From the IMG/VR virus record IMGVR_UViG_3300030433_001954, positions 1 through 56,379 of that record: DNA of 56,379 bases; one strand, written 5' to 3'. The first letter of the stretch is position 1. Each line of letters starts with the position of its first letter. This document shows positions 1 to 9,000 of this stretch, one piece after another. Below the pieces are notes generated by a model. It saw only the letters and a program-made list of their open reading frames with translations, did not search any database and was not told where the DNA came from. The position numbers and the translations under genes were made by a program. The DNA is from a virus. Lineage: Duplodnaviria > Caudoviricetes.

Positions 1-60
1 AGCTAACTCCAGTGAGAGTTAGTGAGTATACCATGGATTAAGTATTAAAGACGTTATTAT

Positions 61-125
61 GGACACTTGAACATGTTGCACAGGGTATCACCACAGACCC
101 TCAGAATCGTGTATCTTATAAGAGT
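61..125 (+). promoter_or_regulatory. possible early-type promoter/leader upstream of ORF 143
   Basis: TATCTT (112-117) is a -10-like hexamer ~25 nt upstream of ATG 143, followed by an AAGGA SD-like site; there is no canonical -35. Confidence 0.3.
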
Positions 126-142
126 CAAAGGAACACACCTCA

Positions 143-397
143 ATGACCTTCAACATCTCTGAACTTGCGTCTAAGGGTAACTCTCTCGATCTCCTAATTG
201 CAGAGACTCGTGGACAAGTTAAGGTGACTAAGTTACCTACACGGAAACCCCGTAAGTCTGAGTTGGTTATGTCACAAACTAAAGGGTCTCGGACTAACAC
301 TAACCGACGTGGACAAAACTATAGCGGACATGCAGTGAATGCACAGACCGCTGTAACTCAGGGAAACCGCACTGCTTACTTTAAGACCTCTGGTTGA
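143..397 (+). CDS. hypothetical small basic phage protein (84 aa)
   Basis: ORF track; AAGGA upstream of the ATG; K/R/T/N-rich; no family recognised. Confidence 0.7.
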   Translation: MTFNISELASKGNSLDLLIAETRGQVKVTKLPTRKPRKSELVMSQTKGSRTNTNRRGQNYSGHAVNAQTAVTQGNRTAYFKTSG

Positions 398-441
398 TTC
401 ACACTAACTCACCGACACTCTAACTAACACTTTCTTTCACA

Positions 442-567
442 ATGTCTCGACTCGAATTCTACACTTCTTTCCTGCACACTTATGCACACAATGGAAATGA
501 AATCCTGGAACTGATTGACAAGATCTTGGAGGGTGAGGTAGAATGGTTTGACCCCGATACTTTCTGA
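442..567 (+). CDS. hypothetical protein (41 aa, MSRLEFYTSFLHTYAHNGNEILELIDKILEGEVEWFDPDTF)
   Basis: Translated by hand (below the track cut-off); pyrimidine-rich leader and plausible phage codon usage. Confidence 0.6.
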   Translation: MSRLEFYTSFLHTYAHNGNEILELIDKILEGEVEWFDPDTF

Positions 568-570
568 CCT

Positions 571-640
571 TAACTAACACGAACACCTCCGAGAGTTTCT
601 GACACTTTATACACGAACATCTCGGAGGTCGTGTAGCTTA
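571..640. repeat. long imperfect inverted repeat with an internal direct repeat
   Basis: ACCTCCGAGA 585-594 is the reverse complement of TCTCGGAGGT 620-629; ACACG 577-581 pairs with CGTGT 630-634; ACACGAACA is repeated at 577 and 611. Confidence 0.8.
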
Positions 641-659
641 CTCTCTTGCCATTTGAGCA

Positions 660-840
660 GTTATGTGCGTGGCGGTTTATGTTAGCGCGGGGCGCGTATT
701 AAAAAAACGCTAACTTCCCTAACCTACAACGAACCCAAAAAGCGCTCGAAATAACAAACGCATTCAAAATTTTTTTTGCCAGAAAAAATCCTCCCATAAG
801 GTCCGCTCTGAAAAACTCCAATCACTATATAAACCTGATA
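660..840. other. structured non-coding element, candidate replication origin or regulatory site
   Basis: GTTAGCG 681-687 / CGCTAAC 708-714 inverted repeat around a GC core and an A7 run; A/T tracts follow; the + strand switches from C-rich to G-rich across this interval. Confidence 0.4.
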
Positions 841-856
841 GTACAGGACGAGATAA

Positions 857-1003
857 ATGGAGTTAAGTCTGGACTTTTATGACAGAGAGGTACTAATTGA
901 TTGTATTGAATATCGGTTAGAGAATGACTTAGAGTTAATTACGAATGATTCTTTAAGGGAAGAGATTGAGGACCTATTAGCATTAATTGAGGATGAGGTA
1001 TAG
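857..1003 (+). CDS. hypothetical acidic protein (48 aa, MELSLDFYDREVLIDCIEYRLEND...)
   Basis: Translated by hand; AGGA upstream; overlaps the start of the next ORF. Confidence 0.65.
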   Translation: MELSLDFYDREVLIDCIEYRLENDLELITNDSLREEIEDLLALIEDEV

Positions 1004-1157
1004 GATTCTAGTAGACGGGGAAGAGATTGCAACTGATGTGCAGAAAGGCGACCTACAACATAAAGTTGAAATTGTCAGAGCATATTGCAATCTACTTCCA
1101 GAACATAGGTTTAGTAAGGTTACCTATGAGGAAATAAATAAAGACACCATTGCATGA
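993..1157 (+). CDS. hypothetical protein (54 aa, MRYRILVDGEEIATDVQKGDLQHKVEIVRAYC...)
   Basis: Translated by hand; start overlaps the end of the previous ORF. Confidence 0.6.
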   Translation: MRYRILVDGEEIATDVQKGDLQHKVEIVRAYCNLLPEHRFSKVTYEEINKDTIA

Positions 1158-1178
1158 TTTGATTTGTAGTGGTAGAAT
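1133..1178 (+). promoter_or_regulatory. sigma70-type promoter plus a possible late promoter upstream of ORF 1202
   Basis: TTGCAT 1150-1155, 17-nt spacer, TAGAAT 1173-1178 preceded by TGG (extended -10); AATAAATA at 1133-1140. Confidence 0.6.
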
Positions 1179-1201
1179 GATTACGTTGCAATTCTAGTTT
1201 T

Positions 1202-1957
1202 ATGTCTAAAGGATTTACAATTAAAGCGAATGCTCCGACACCAAAGAAGAAAGCTGAAGGAGAATTCGACATTGCTGCAGCACGGGAGATGGTTCGAGGT
1301 AAGTCGATCATCTTTTGTCTACCAGGTCGTGGAGTATCATACACATTCTTGAAGAATTTTGTTCAGTTGTGTTTTGATCTTGTCCAAGCTGGTGCAAGCA
1401 TTCAAATTTCACAGGATTATTCTTCCATGGTCAACTTTGCACGATGCAAAGTATTGGGAGCGAATGTACTCCGAGGTCCAAAACAGGTACCTTGGGATGG
1501 TAAGTTGAAGTATGACTATCAGTTGTGGATTGACTCTGATATTGTCTTCAACACTGAAGCATTCTATAAGTTGTTAGTATTGGATAAAGATATTGCAGCT
1601 GGTTGGTATATGACCGAAGATGGTCATACCACATCTGTTGCACATTGGCTTGAAGAAGATGACTTCAAGAACAATGGTGGTGTGATGAACCACGAAACTG
1701 GTGAGACGATGCAGAAACGTCGCAAACCCTTTACCGTAGACTACACTGGTTTCGGATGGGTGTTGATTAAGAAGGGTGTCTTTGAGAACTTGGAGTATCC
1801 TTGGTTTGCTCCGAAGATGCAGGTGTTCGACTCTGGAGAGGTTCAGGACATGTGTGGAGAAGACGTAAGTTTCTGTTTGGATGCTAAGGAAGCTGGTTTC
1901 GAGATCTGGTGTGATCCTCGTATCCGTGTTGGTCACGAAAAGTCTCGTATTATTTGA
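1202..1957 (+). CDS. GT-A fold (GT2-like) glycosyltransferase-like protein, conserved in cyanomyoviruses
   Basis: DxD motif in YDYQLWIDSDIVF, plus NFARC, VDYTGFGWVLIKKGVFE, GEDVSFC and IWCDPRIRVGHEK, all typical of GT-A enzymes. Confidence 0.8.
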   Translation: MSKGFTIKANAPTPKKKAEGEFDIAAAREMVRGKSIIFCLPGRGVSYTFLKNFVQLCFDLVQAGASIQISQDYSSMVNFARCKVLGANVLRGPKQVPWDGKLKYDYQLWIDSDIVFNTEAFYKLLVLDKDIAAGWYMTEDGHTTSVAHWLEEDDFKNNGGVMNHETGETMQKRRKPFTVDYTGFGWVLIKKGVFENLEYPWFAPKMQVFDSGEVQDMCGEDVSFCLDAKEAGFEIWCDPRIRVGHEKSRII

Positions 1958-1967
1958 TGTTAAAAAA

Positions 1968-1985
1968 GGCGCGTTTCGGCGCGTC
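1968..1985. terminator. GC-rich UUCG-loop hairpin flanked by A runs
   Basis: GGCGCGT-TTCG-GCGCGTC directly after the stop at 1957; no U tract on the + strand (the preceding A6 would be one on the - strand). Confidence 0.45.
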
Positions 1986-2033
1986 CAAAAACCGCGAAAA
2001 AATTTCTAAATTATTCTAAAGGATTGAAAGACT

Positions 2034-2183
2034 ATGGCAGTGAAAGCAAAAGGTGGAATCAACAAGAGTGGTTGGATGCCTGGTAGCCCTAAGAAAACTC
2101 GTCAGGGCAATTCACCGAATACTAAACTTTCGGCATCTTCTCGTAATGGTAAAAAGAAAGCATATCGTGGTCAAGGTCGTTGA
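2034..2183 (+). CDS. small basic protein ending in YRGQGR (49 aa)
   Basis: Translated by hand: MAVKAKGGINKSGWMPGSPKKTRQGNSPNTKLSASSRNGKKKAYRGQGR; AAGGA upstream; YRGQG tail typical of small phage basic proteins. Confidence 0.8.
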   Translation: MAVKAKGGINKSGWMPGSPKKTRQGNSPNTKLSASSRNGKKKAYRGQGR

Positions 2184-2803
2184 ATTGGGATATAATTGAT
2201 CCAGCAATCAGAGTAGTCCATCCACCTAACTTAGGATGGTTGGAGAAAACACTCTCTGTAAAAGAAGTGGGCTTTCTCTGGAATTGCATTCAACAACGTC
2301 AATCATCAGTTAGACAACATCTAGCTGGTAATATCACTGAGAGTAATGATCTCATCGATGAGGGGTCCTGGTTCTTCCAGGAGACCCTCTTTCCTTTGGT
2401 TAGGAAGTATGAGACCTCATTCAAAGATCTAAGTCTTATGACGGGTATTACGGGGGAGTATTACCTGAGTAATTTTTGGGTGAACTTCCAACATCAACAT
2501 GAATTCAACCCAACACATAATCATACAGGAATCTATAGTTTTGTTGTATGGTTACAGATACCAACAACTCATCGAGAACAGAATGAAGATAATGTATCAA
2601 ATGCAGAATTAAAATCAACCTTTCAGTTTCAGTATCTCGATATCTTAGGAAAGATTCGGACACATACTTATTATCAGAATCCACATCAAGAGGGAACATT
2701 ACTCTTCTTCCCATCAGAAATGTATCATGCAGTTTATCCGTTCTACAATTGTGATGAGACTCGTGTCTCTATTTCAGGAAATATTACTCTGAAACCACAC
2801 TAA
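2180..2803 (+). CDS. 2OG-Fe(II) oxygenase superfamily protein (cyanophage TIGR02466-like)
   Basis: WVNFQHQHEFNPTHNH (HxH), SFVVW, GTLLFFPSEMYHAVYPF, RVSISGN; TTG start overlapping the previous stop. Confidence 0.85.
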   Translation: MNWDIIDPAIRVVHPPNLGWLEKTLSVKEVGFLWNCIQQRQSSVRQHLAGNITESNDLIDEGSWFFQETLFPLVRKYETSFKDLSLMTGITGEYYLSNFWVNFQHQHEFNPTHNHTGIYSFVVWLQIPTTHREQNEDNVSNAELKSTFQFQYLDILGKIRTHTYYQNPHQEGTLLFFPSEMYHAVYPFYNCDETRVSISGNITLKPH

Positions 2804-2806
2804 ATA
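2800..2806 (+). promoter_or_regulatory. T4-type late promoter
   Basis: CTAAATA overlapping a stop codon, ~28 nt before ATG 2834. Confidence 0.6.
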
Positions 2807-2833
2807 ATTGAAGAACTTTTAACTACACAACTC

Positions 2834-2995
2834 ATGGCAGAAGAAAACACAGCTCCACGTTTAGGACCTAATGCATCTGATGGTGCTCCTGATGAGGAAG
2901 GTACCGCAACTTTTGGTTATGATGTAGCAGCACAAGCGTCTGCAAATCGTGGTCGCCCTGCTTCTAACCCTAACTCCCCTCTTGCTGCTGGTTGA
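2834..2995 (+). CDS. hypothetical protein (53 aa, MAEENTAPRLGPNASDGAPDEEGTATFGYDVAAQ...)
   Basis: Translated by hand; follows a late promoter; TGATG coupling to the next ORF. Confidence 0.7.
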   Translation: MAEENTAPRLGPNASDGAPDEEGTATFGYDVAAQASANRGRPASNPNSPLAAG

Positions 2996-3462
2996 TGACT
3001 GAAAAGGAACAACACATTAATGGATGGATTACTAAATTAACTGAATCCAGACCAGAATTAGGTGGTCATGCAGTATGCCCATATGCATCTGCAGCGAAAA
3101 CCCTGATTAAAGAGACACCAATCGATAGCATTGTACCTGAAAGTGGGTATGATGTTATCGTTTTTGTCGTTGAAGACTTCTGGCGTTATAAACAAATGCA
3201 AAAATGGGTCAGATATTACAACGAAAAGTATCCATATTACAAATTCTTTGAAGATACTTCTAATATCGACACATTCATCCGTGGTGTTCAAACAAATAAT
3301 GAAAAATATAACTTGATTTTGTGTCAATCAAAGGCAAAATTAAGAACTTTCCGTAAAAAACTTGCGGAAACTGGTTATTATGACTATTGGACAGACGATT
3401 ATTTGGACGAAGTTCTTGGTGAAGACCGAGAAGAACTGAAATTAGACGAAAGGCCGGGATAG
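2995..3462 (+). CDS. hypothetical protein with an LGGHAVCPYA motif (loosely DUF1415-like N-terminus)
   Basis: The track starts it at TTG 2992; ATG 2995 is preferred because of the TGATG overlap. Confidence 0.75.
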   Translation: MTEKEQHINGWITKLTESRPELGGHAVCPYASAAKTLIKETPIDSIVPESGYDVIVFVVEDFWRYKQMQKWVRYYNEKYPYYKFFEDTSNIDTFIRGVQTNNEKYNLILCQSKAKLRTFRKKLAETGYYDYWTDDYLDEVLGEDREELKLDERPG

Positions 3463-3500
3463 GAACCCCGTAAAAAGTTCTGATTTACCAAAATCAGGAG
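3455..3500 (+). promoter_or_regulatory. two-hairpin leader that sequesters the SD of ORF 3506
   Basis: CGGG 3455-3458 pairs with CCCG 3467-3470; TTCTGATTT-ACCA-AAATCAGGA (3478-3499) covers most of AGGAG 3496-3500. Confidence 0.55.
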
Positions 3501-3505
3501 AAAAA

Positions 3506-3664
3506 ATGTCTAATCATCCGATTCCAGACCAGGGGAAGGACTTTATTGAGTCAGGAATGACACTAATTAACGACCCTAAGTCCGACAAATATCTCAATAT
3601 GTTAAAAGAGGTCTCTCATGACCATCTGAACGACGAAAAAAGACAAGAAAATTTGAATGGGTGA
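3506..3664 (+). CDS. hypothetical cyanophage protein (52 aa, MSNHPIPDQGKDFIESGMTLINDPKSDKYL...)
   Basis: Translated by hand; strong AGGAG SD 5 nt upstream. Confidence 0.75.
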   Translation: MSNHPIPDQGKDFIESGMTLINDPKSDKYLNMLKEVSHDHLNDEKRQENLNG

Positions 3665-3695
3665 GTAAAAAATCGTCAAAATCTGTTATACATAC

Positions 3696-3703
3696 TATAA
3701 ATA
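3696..3703 (+). promoter_or_regulatory. T4-type late promoter
   Basis: Exact TATAAATA 18 nt before the gp25 start. Confidence 0.85.
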
Positions 3704-3721
3704 CCACCGATAGTTCCAGTA

Positions 3722-4120
3722 ATGGTAAGGATTTCTCGAAAATTTAGGGATATTTCATTCTCATTTGCAAGAAATCCTGTAAATGATGATATTTTGTCGA
3801 TTAATGATGCTGATGCGATTAAAAGAGCGGTCATAAATCTCGTCAGAACCAAATCTGGCGAGAGATTTTACAATTCATTGGTTGGTACTGAGGTTGAATC
3901 GTCATTATTTGGGGTTCAATCCCCAGAAGTTGCAAATAATTTGAAAATTGACATTGAAAATGTCTTGAAAAACTATGAACCAAGGGTAGCTGATGTTTCA
4001 GTAGAGGTAAATTACCCTCTTGATAGTAATGAAATCTATATTCAGATAGAATATTCTATCGTTGGTTTATCTCTACCGACACAAAACATCGAATTCGTCT
4101 TACAATCCACTAGAGTCTAA
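3722..4120 (+). CDS. gp25: baseplate wedge subunit gp25
   Basis: FRDISFSF..NPV..DI, AIKRAVINLVRTKSGERFYNSLVG, NYEPRV; lies directly before gp6. Confidence 0.93.
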   Translation: MVRISRKFRDISFSFARNPVNDDILSINDADAIKRAVINLVRTKSGERFYNSLVGTEVESSLFGVQSPEVANNLKIDIENVLKNYEPRVADVSVEVNYPLDSNEIYIQIEYSIVGLSLPTQNIEFVLQSTRV

Positions 4121-6012
4121 TGGCATCATTTAATCAGTTTACAAATTTAGACTTTGCAGATCTGAGGCAACAGATTAAAGACTATTTGCGTGCAAATAGT
4201 GAATTTACTGACTTTGATTTTGAGGGATCTAACTTTTCTACCCTCATTGATATCCTTGCATACAACTCTTACATTACATCTTATAACACTAACATGGTTG
4301 CCAATGAGGCATTCATTGATAGTGCTACGTTAAGAGAGAATGTTGTATCACTTGCAAGAAATATTGGTTATGTTCCTAGATCGAAAAGAGCTGCAAAGGC
4401 AGAAATTTCATTTACAGTCGATTTGACTGGTGCTCTTGACGCTAGAACCTTAACTATTAAAGCAGGTCAAGTCTGTTTGGGTGCAGTAACGAATGGAACG
4501 TTCATTTTTTCCATTCCAGAAGATGTAACCGCACCTGTTGATGTTGATGGTTTTGTTAATTTTGACAATTTGGTTGTCTTTGAAGGTGTTTACTTAAAGT
4601 CCACCTTCACAATGGACTACTCTCAACCAAACCAGAGATTTATTCTACCTAATGTTAATATTGACACAACTACAATCCGTGTTAATGTTAGAGATCAAGT
4701 TTCTGAAGAGTATTTTGCATATCAGAATATTCTAAATGTAGACGATAATACAAGAATTTTCCTAGTCCAAGAAGTTTCGGACGAAAAACACGAAATTGTG
4801 TTTGGTGATGGTGTTGCAGGTAAGAGACCACCAAACGGATCTACGATTGAAGTAAGTTATATTGTTACAAATGGTAGAGTAGGTAATGGTGCAAGAAATT
4901 TCACCTTCTCAGGTGAGATGATTGATAACAATTTGAATAGTATCACTGGTGGTATTTCTCTCATTCTCACAGGCACTCCTTCTGAGAATGGTGATGATAT
5001 TGAACAACTTGATTCTGTCAAGTACCTGGCGCCTCGTGTTTACGCCTCTCAGTATCGTGCCGTGACCGCCAACGACTATAAAGGTCTTGTTCCGTATCTT
5101 TTCCCCAACGTCGAATCTGTGAGTGCCTACGGGGGTGAGGAACTCGATCCACCAGAATACGGAAAAGTTCTACTTGCGATCAAACCAAAGAATGGTAAGT
5201 TCTTATCTCAGGTAACTAAATTAAACATTCTCAGATCACTTAAACAATATTCTATTGCTGGTATTAGACCAGAAATCATTGACCTCTCTTATCTCTATGT
5301 TGAGGTTGATACAAGTGTTTACTACAACGTCAATAAGTCTAATAAACCACAAGATGTTCGTACAAAAGTACTAAACTCTTTGAATGTTTACTCAAACTCT
5401 GCAGACGTTAATCAATTTGGTGGTAGATTCAAGTATAGTAAGGTAACAACACTGATTGATGAAGCTGACAAAGCTATTACATCAAACATCACCAGAGTTT
5501 TGATGAGAAGAGATCTGCAACCAGAGTTTAACAATCTTGCGACATACGAGTTGTGTTTCGGAAATAAGATTCATAGTAAGAAAAACGGATTTAGCATCAA
5601 ATCCAGTGGTTTCAGAGTTTCTGGAGTATCTGAAACTTTGTACATGGCCGATGCACCTCAAGAAGATGCAGATGGAGTAGTCAGTTCTACATCTGGAACT
5701 ATCTACTTCTTCAAACTTGAGAGTAACGTACCCGTAATTGTAACTCCGAGAGCGGGTACAGTTGATTATGTAAAAGGCGAAATTATTCTTGATGCAGTAA
5801 ACATTATTTCTAGTGATGTGACTGATGGGATTCAAGTTCAAGCAATCCCAGACTCGAATGATGTTATTGCACTGAAGGACTTGTACCTCCAAATTGACGT
5901 TTCAAGTTCTGTGGTAAATATGATAGAGGATGTTGTAACCTCGGGTGAAAATACCTCCGCTACACAATACGTCTCAACTTCTAGTTACCTAAACGGCAAG
6001 TATACAAGATAA
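4120..6012 (+). CDS. gp6: baseplate wedge subunit gp6
   Basis: LDFADLRQQIKDYLR, FTDFDFEGSN, DSATLRENVVSLARNIGYVPRS, FGDGV.GKRP, QYRAVTANDY. Confidence 0.95.
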   Translation: MASFNQFTNLDFADLRQQIKDYLRANSEFTDFDFEGSNFSTLIDILAYNSYITSYNTNMVANEAFIDSATLRENVVSLARNIGYVPRSKRAAKAEISFTVDLTGALDARTLTIKAGQVCLGAVTNGTFIFSIPEDVTAPVDVDGFVNFDNLVVFEGVYLKSTFTMDYSQPNQRFILPNVNIDTTTIRVNVRDQVSEEYFAYQNILNVDDNTRIFLVQEVSDEKHEIVFGDGVAGKRPPNGSTIEVSYIVTNGRVGNGARNFTFSGEMIDNNLNSITGGISLILTGTPSENGDDIEQLDSVKYLAPRVYASQYRAVTANDYKGLVPYLFPNVESVSAYGGEELDPPEYGKVLLAIKPKNGKFLSQVTKLNILRSLKQYSIAGIRPEIIDLSYLYVEVDTSVYYNVNKSNKPQDVRTKVLNSLNVYSNSADVNQFGGRFKYSKVTTLIDEADKAITSNITRVLMRRDLQPEFNNLATYELCFGNKIHSKKNGFSIKSSGFRVSGVSETLYMADAPQEDADGVVSSTSGTIYFFKLESNVPVIVTPRAGTVDYVKGEIILDAVNIISSDVTDGIQVQAIPDSNDVIALKDLYLQIDVSSSVVNMIEDVVTSGENTSATQYVSTSSYLNGKYTR

Positions 6013-6013
6013 A

Positions 6014-9000
6014 ATGTCAGAAATTAAAAGAGTTAAAATCGATTCCATCCTAGAGAATCAGATTCCAGACTTTATGTCTGAAGAGTCTCCTCTTTTTGTT
6101 GAGTTTTTACGTCAATATTACAGGTCACTAGAGAGTAAATCTGGTGCAATTGATATTGCTGTAAATTTGAATCAGTATAAGGGCATTCAGTCCTTCAACA
6201 AGGAAACACTTGTTAAGAATACTACTCTGACAGAGGAAGTTTTAACTTATGATGATGAAATCTTGGTTGCATCTACGACTGGATGGCCAGATTCGTATGG
6301 TCTCTTAAAGATCGACGATGAAATCATCACTTATCTTGGAAAAACTGCTACAAGTTTTACTGGATGTATTAGAGGATTCAGTGGAATTGATGAAATTGAA
6401 GCCGTAGACAATAGAACGTTCTTAAGTTTTACAGAGACTGAAGCTGATGAACATGCGGATGGTTCTACTGTCCAAAATTTAAGTAATCTGTTCCTATTAT
6501 CATTCTTTGAAAAGTTCAAGTTTGAATTTTTCCCTGGATTTGAAAATAGAGACTTTTTTGAGAACATTTCTATTGATAATGTTCTTTCTAGTGCAAGAGA
6601 TTTCTATAATGCAAAGGGTACTGATAGTTCATACAAATTACTCTTCAAAATTTTATATGGAACTGAGGTAGAAGTTAGAAAACCACAAGATTTTACTCTT
6701 TCTCCATCTTCTAACGAATATTTTAAGACTGAAAACGTATTAGTAGAACTTATCACTCCAAATCCTGATATTTTGAGTATCAGAGGAGGATTCCTTTTCC
6801 AAGATCTTCCAGATGTTGGTGAAGTTGGTGCATCTATTTTCAATATTGAGTATAGACCTGTAAATCGCAAGGATTTCTTTGAAATTTCACTAGACCAAGA
6901 TTCCTTCACTGGTACTTTTCAGGTATCTGGTCAAACCAAATTAGTAGAAGACGTATCGGTAGGTGCTAACACTCTATTTGTAGATTCTACTATTGGATTT
7001 GCTCCTAGTGGAAAAATTTCGATCAAACCACCCGGCTCAAACTTCATTACTCTAGAGTATACTTCTAAGTCCACTACAACTCTTAATGGCGTTACTGGTT
7101 TAACTACATCTCTTGAAAGAGGACTAGAGATTCTTGAAGAAAAGTTTGCATATAGTTTTGTTGGTGCAGGAAATACTAGTAGAGTTGACTTTAGAATTGT
7201 AAACGTAATCAAAGATGTTGATTTTTCAAAAACCAGTGCTCTAGCAGTTGGTGATAAAGTTCAACTTTCTGGATTTGGAGAAAACCTATTTGATAAACCA
7301 CAATTTAATTGCTGGATTTCCAATGTTCCATCTGTACACACTGTTGATACTGTTAGTAGACAGGGTGTAAACGTTTATCGTCTTATCACATTTGATGAAG
7401 TCATTTATTATAAGAGAGAATCAGTCGTTCTTACTAATGATCTTGGTCAAGTATCTGGAGCTACAGTTCTTGATGTTGAATTTGAAGTTGGTGATCTAAT
7501 CAGAAAGTATACTAATAGTATTCTTATTCAAATCGATGACGCTTCATTTGATTTCAATAGAACTATTAAGTTAGAAAAGAAATTATTCAAGTTCAAACAA
7601 TTACTTAATTACTTTAACAACAACGAAGAATTTCCTGCAGGTATTCAAAACACATATATTGATACCAGTAGAGAAAACTTCTATGTAACCTCAACTGGTG
7701 TACCAAACAAGACAATTTTCTCAAATGATGAGAAGAGAACTGTCACAACTTCTGGTACCACTGGAATTACATCTATTTTTGATTCTCCTCAGCATGAATA
7801 CGTTAGTGGAGATTTGGTTTACTATGATCCTGTAGATTCTACAGTTTCTGGCATTGCTACTGGTAAGTATAGAGTATTCAAAGTCAACGAAAATAGCATT
7901 AAACTTGCATTTAGTAATTCTGATGTCTTTAACCAAAAGTTCATCTTTGCAAATCGTGGAATTACTGGTGATGAAGTCGTAAAAGCAGACTTCTTTGGTA
8001 AAAAGATTGAAAACCAGAAGTTAGTAAAAACTTTCCCATACTCAAAGGTACAGAAAAAGTCCGAAGATATTAATGATAAAACCACCGACAGCAAACCTGT
8101 TGGTCTTCTCGTTAATGGTACAGAGATTCTATCTCCAACTCTATTTGACGAGAACTATTATTATGGAAGGATTGAAGAGATTATTGTAACCAATAGTGGT
8201 TCAGATTATGATGTTTTAGATCCACCACCAGTCGAAGTTAAAGATGAATTTGGTAGTGGATGTAAAGCACATGCAAACCTTTCTGGTGGTCTTACAAGAG
8301 TTAAGATCATTTCTCCTGGTGTAGGTTATCAGTCTAAACCTAAGATTAAAATTTCTGGTGGTAATGGTAGTGGTGCTGTACTTGAGTCTAACCTTGTTAG
8401 TTCTAGAATTTCTGTTGGTTTCAAGGGTGATACTGGTGTATCTGTTGCTGACAACACCCTGACTACGATTGACGATGTTTTATTTGTAAATGGCGAAGAA
8501 GTAATTTATAGTACCAATAACAACACCGACGTTCTTGGAATCGTTAATGGATCTTCTTATTTTGTTGGTATTGTAACTGACAAAAAAGTAAAACTATACA
8601 ATAACAAACAAGATGCAGTTGCTGGTAATAATGAAATCCAGATTACTGGTATCTCCTCTGGTTTCCATGCACTAGAGAGTTTAAAGAATAAAAATACCAT
8701 TACTGAGATCTATGTAAATGATCCTGGTGATGGATATTCTAATAGAGCGATTAAAGTTCCTTCTGTTGTTTCCTCCGACAACAGAACTCTTGGTGTAAAC
8801 ACTTTTGACTCGTACATTTATGCAACAAATCATGGATTCCAAAATGCAGAATTTGTTGTTTATGAATATACTGACACTGAAATTTCTGGATTAGATACTA
8901 GTAAGTATTATCAAGTCACTAAGATTGATGATAACAAGTTCCGTCTATCTGATGCAGGAACTGCAAGTAGTACAACAGATTACAATTACATCAATAGAAA

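Noticed and set aside
716-730. Telomere-like CCCTAA sequence
   Set aside because: Only a single copy within the intergenic element, with no tandem array
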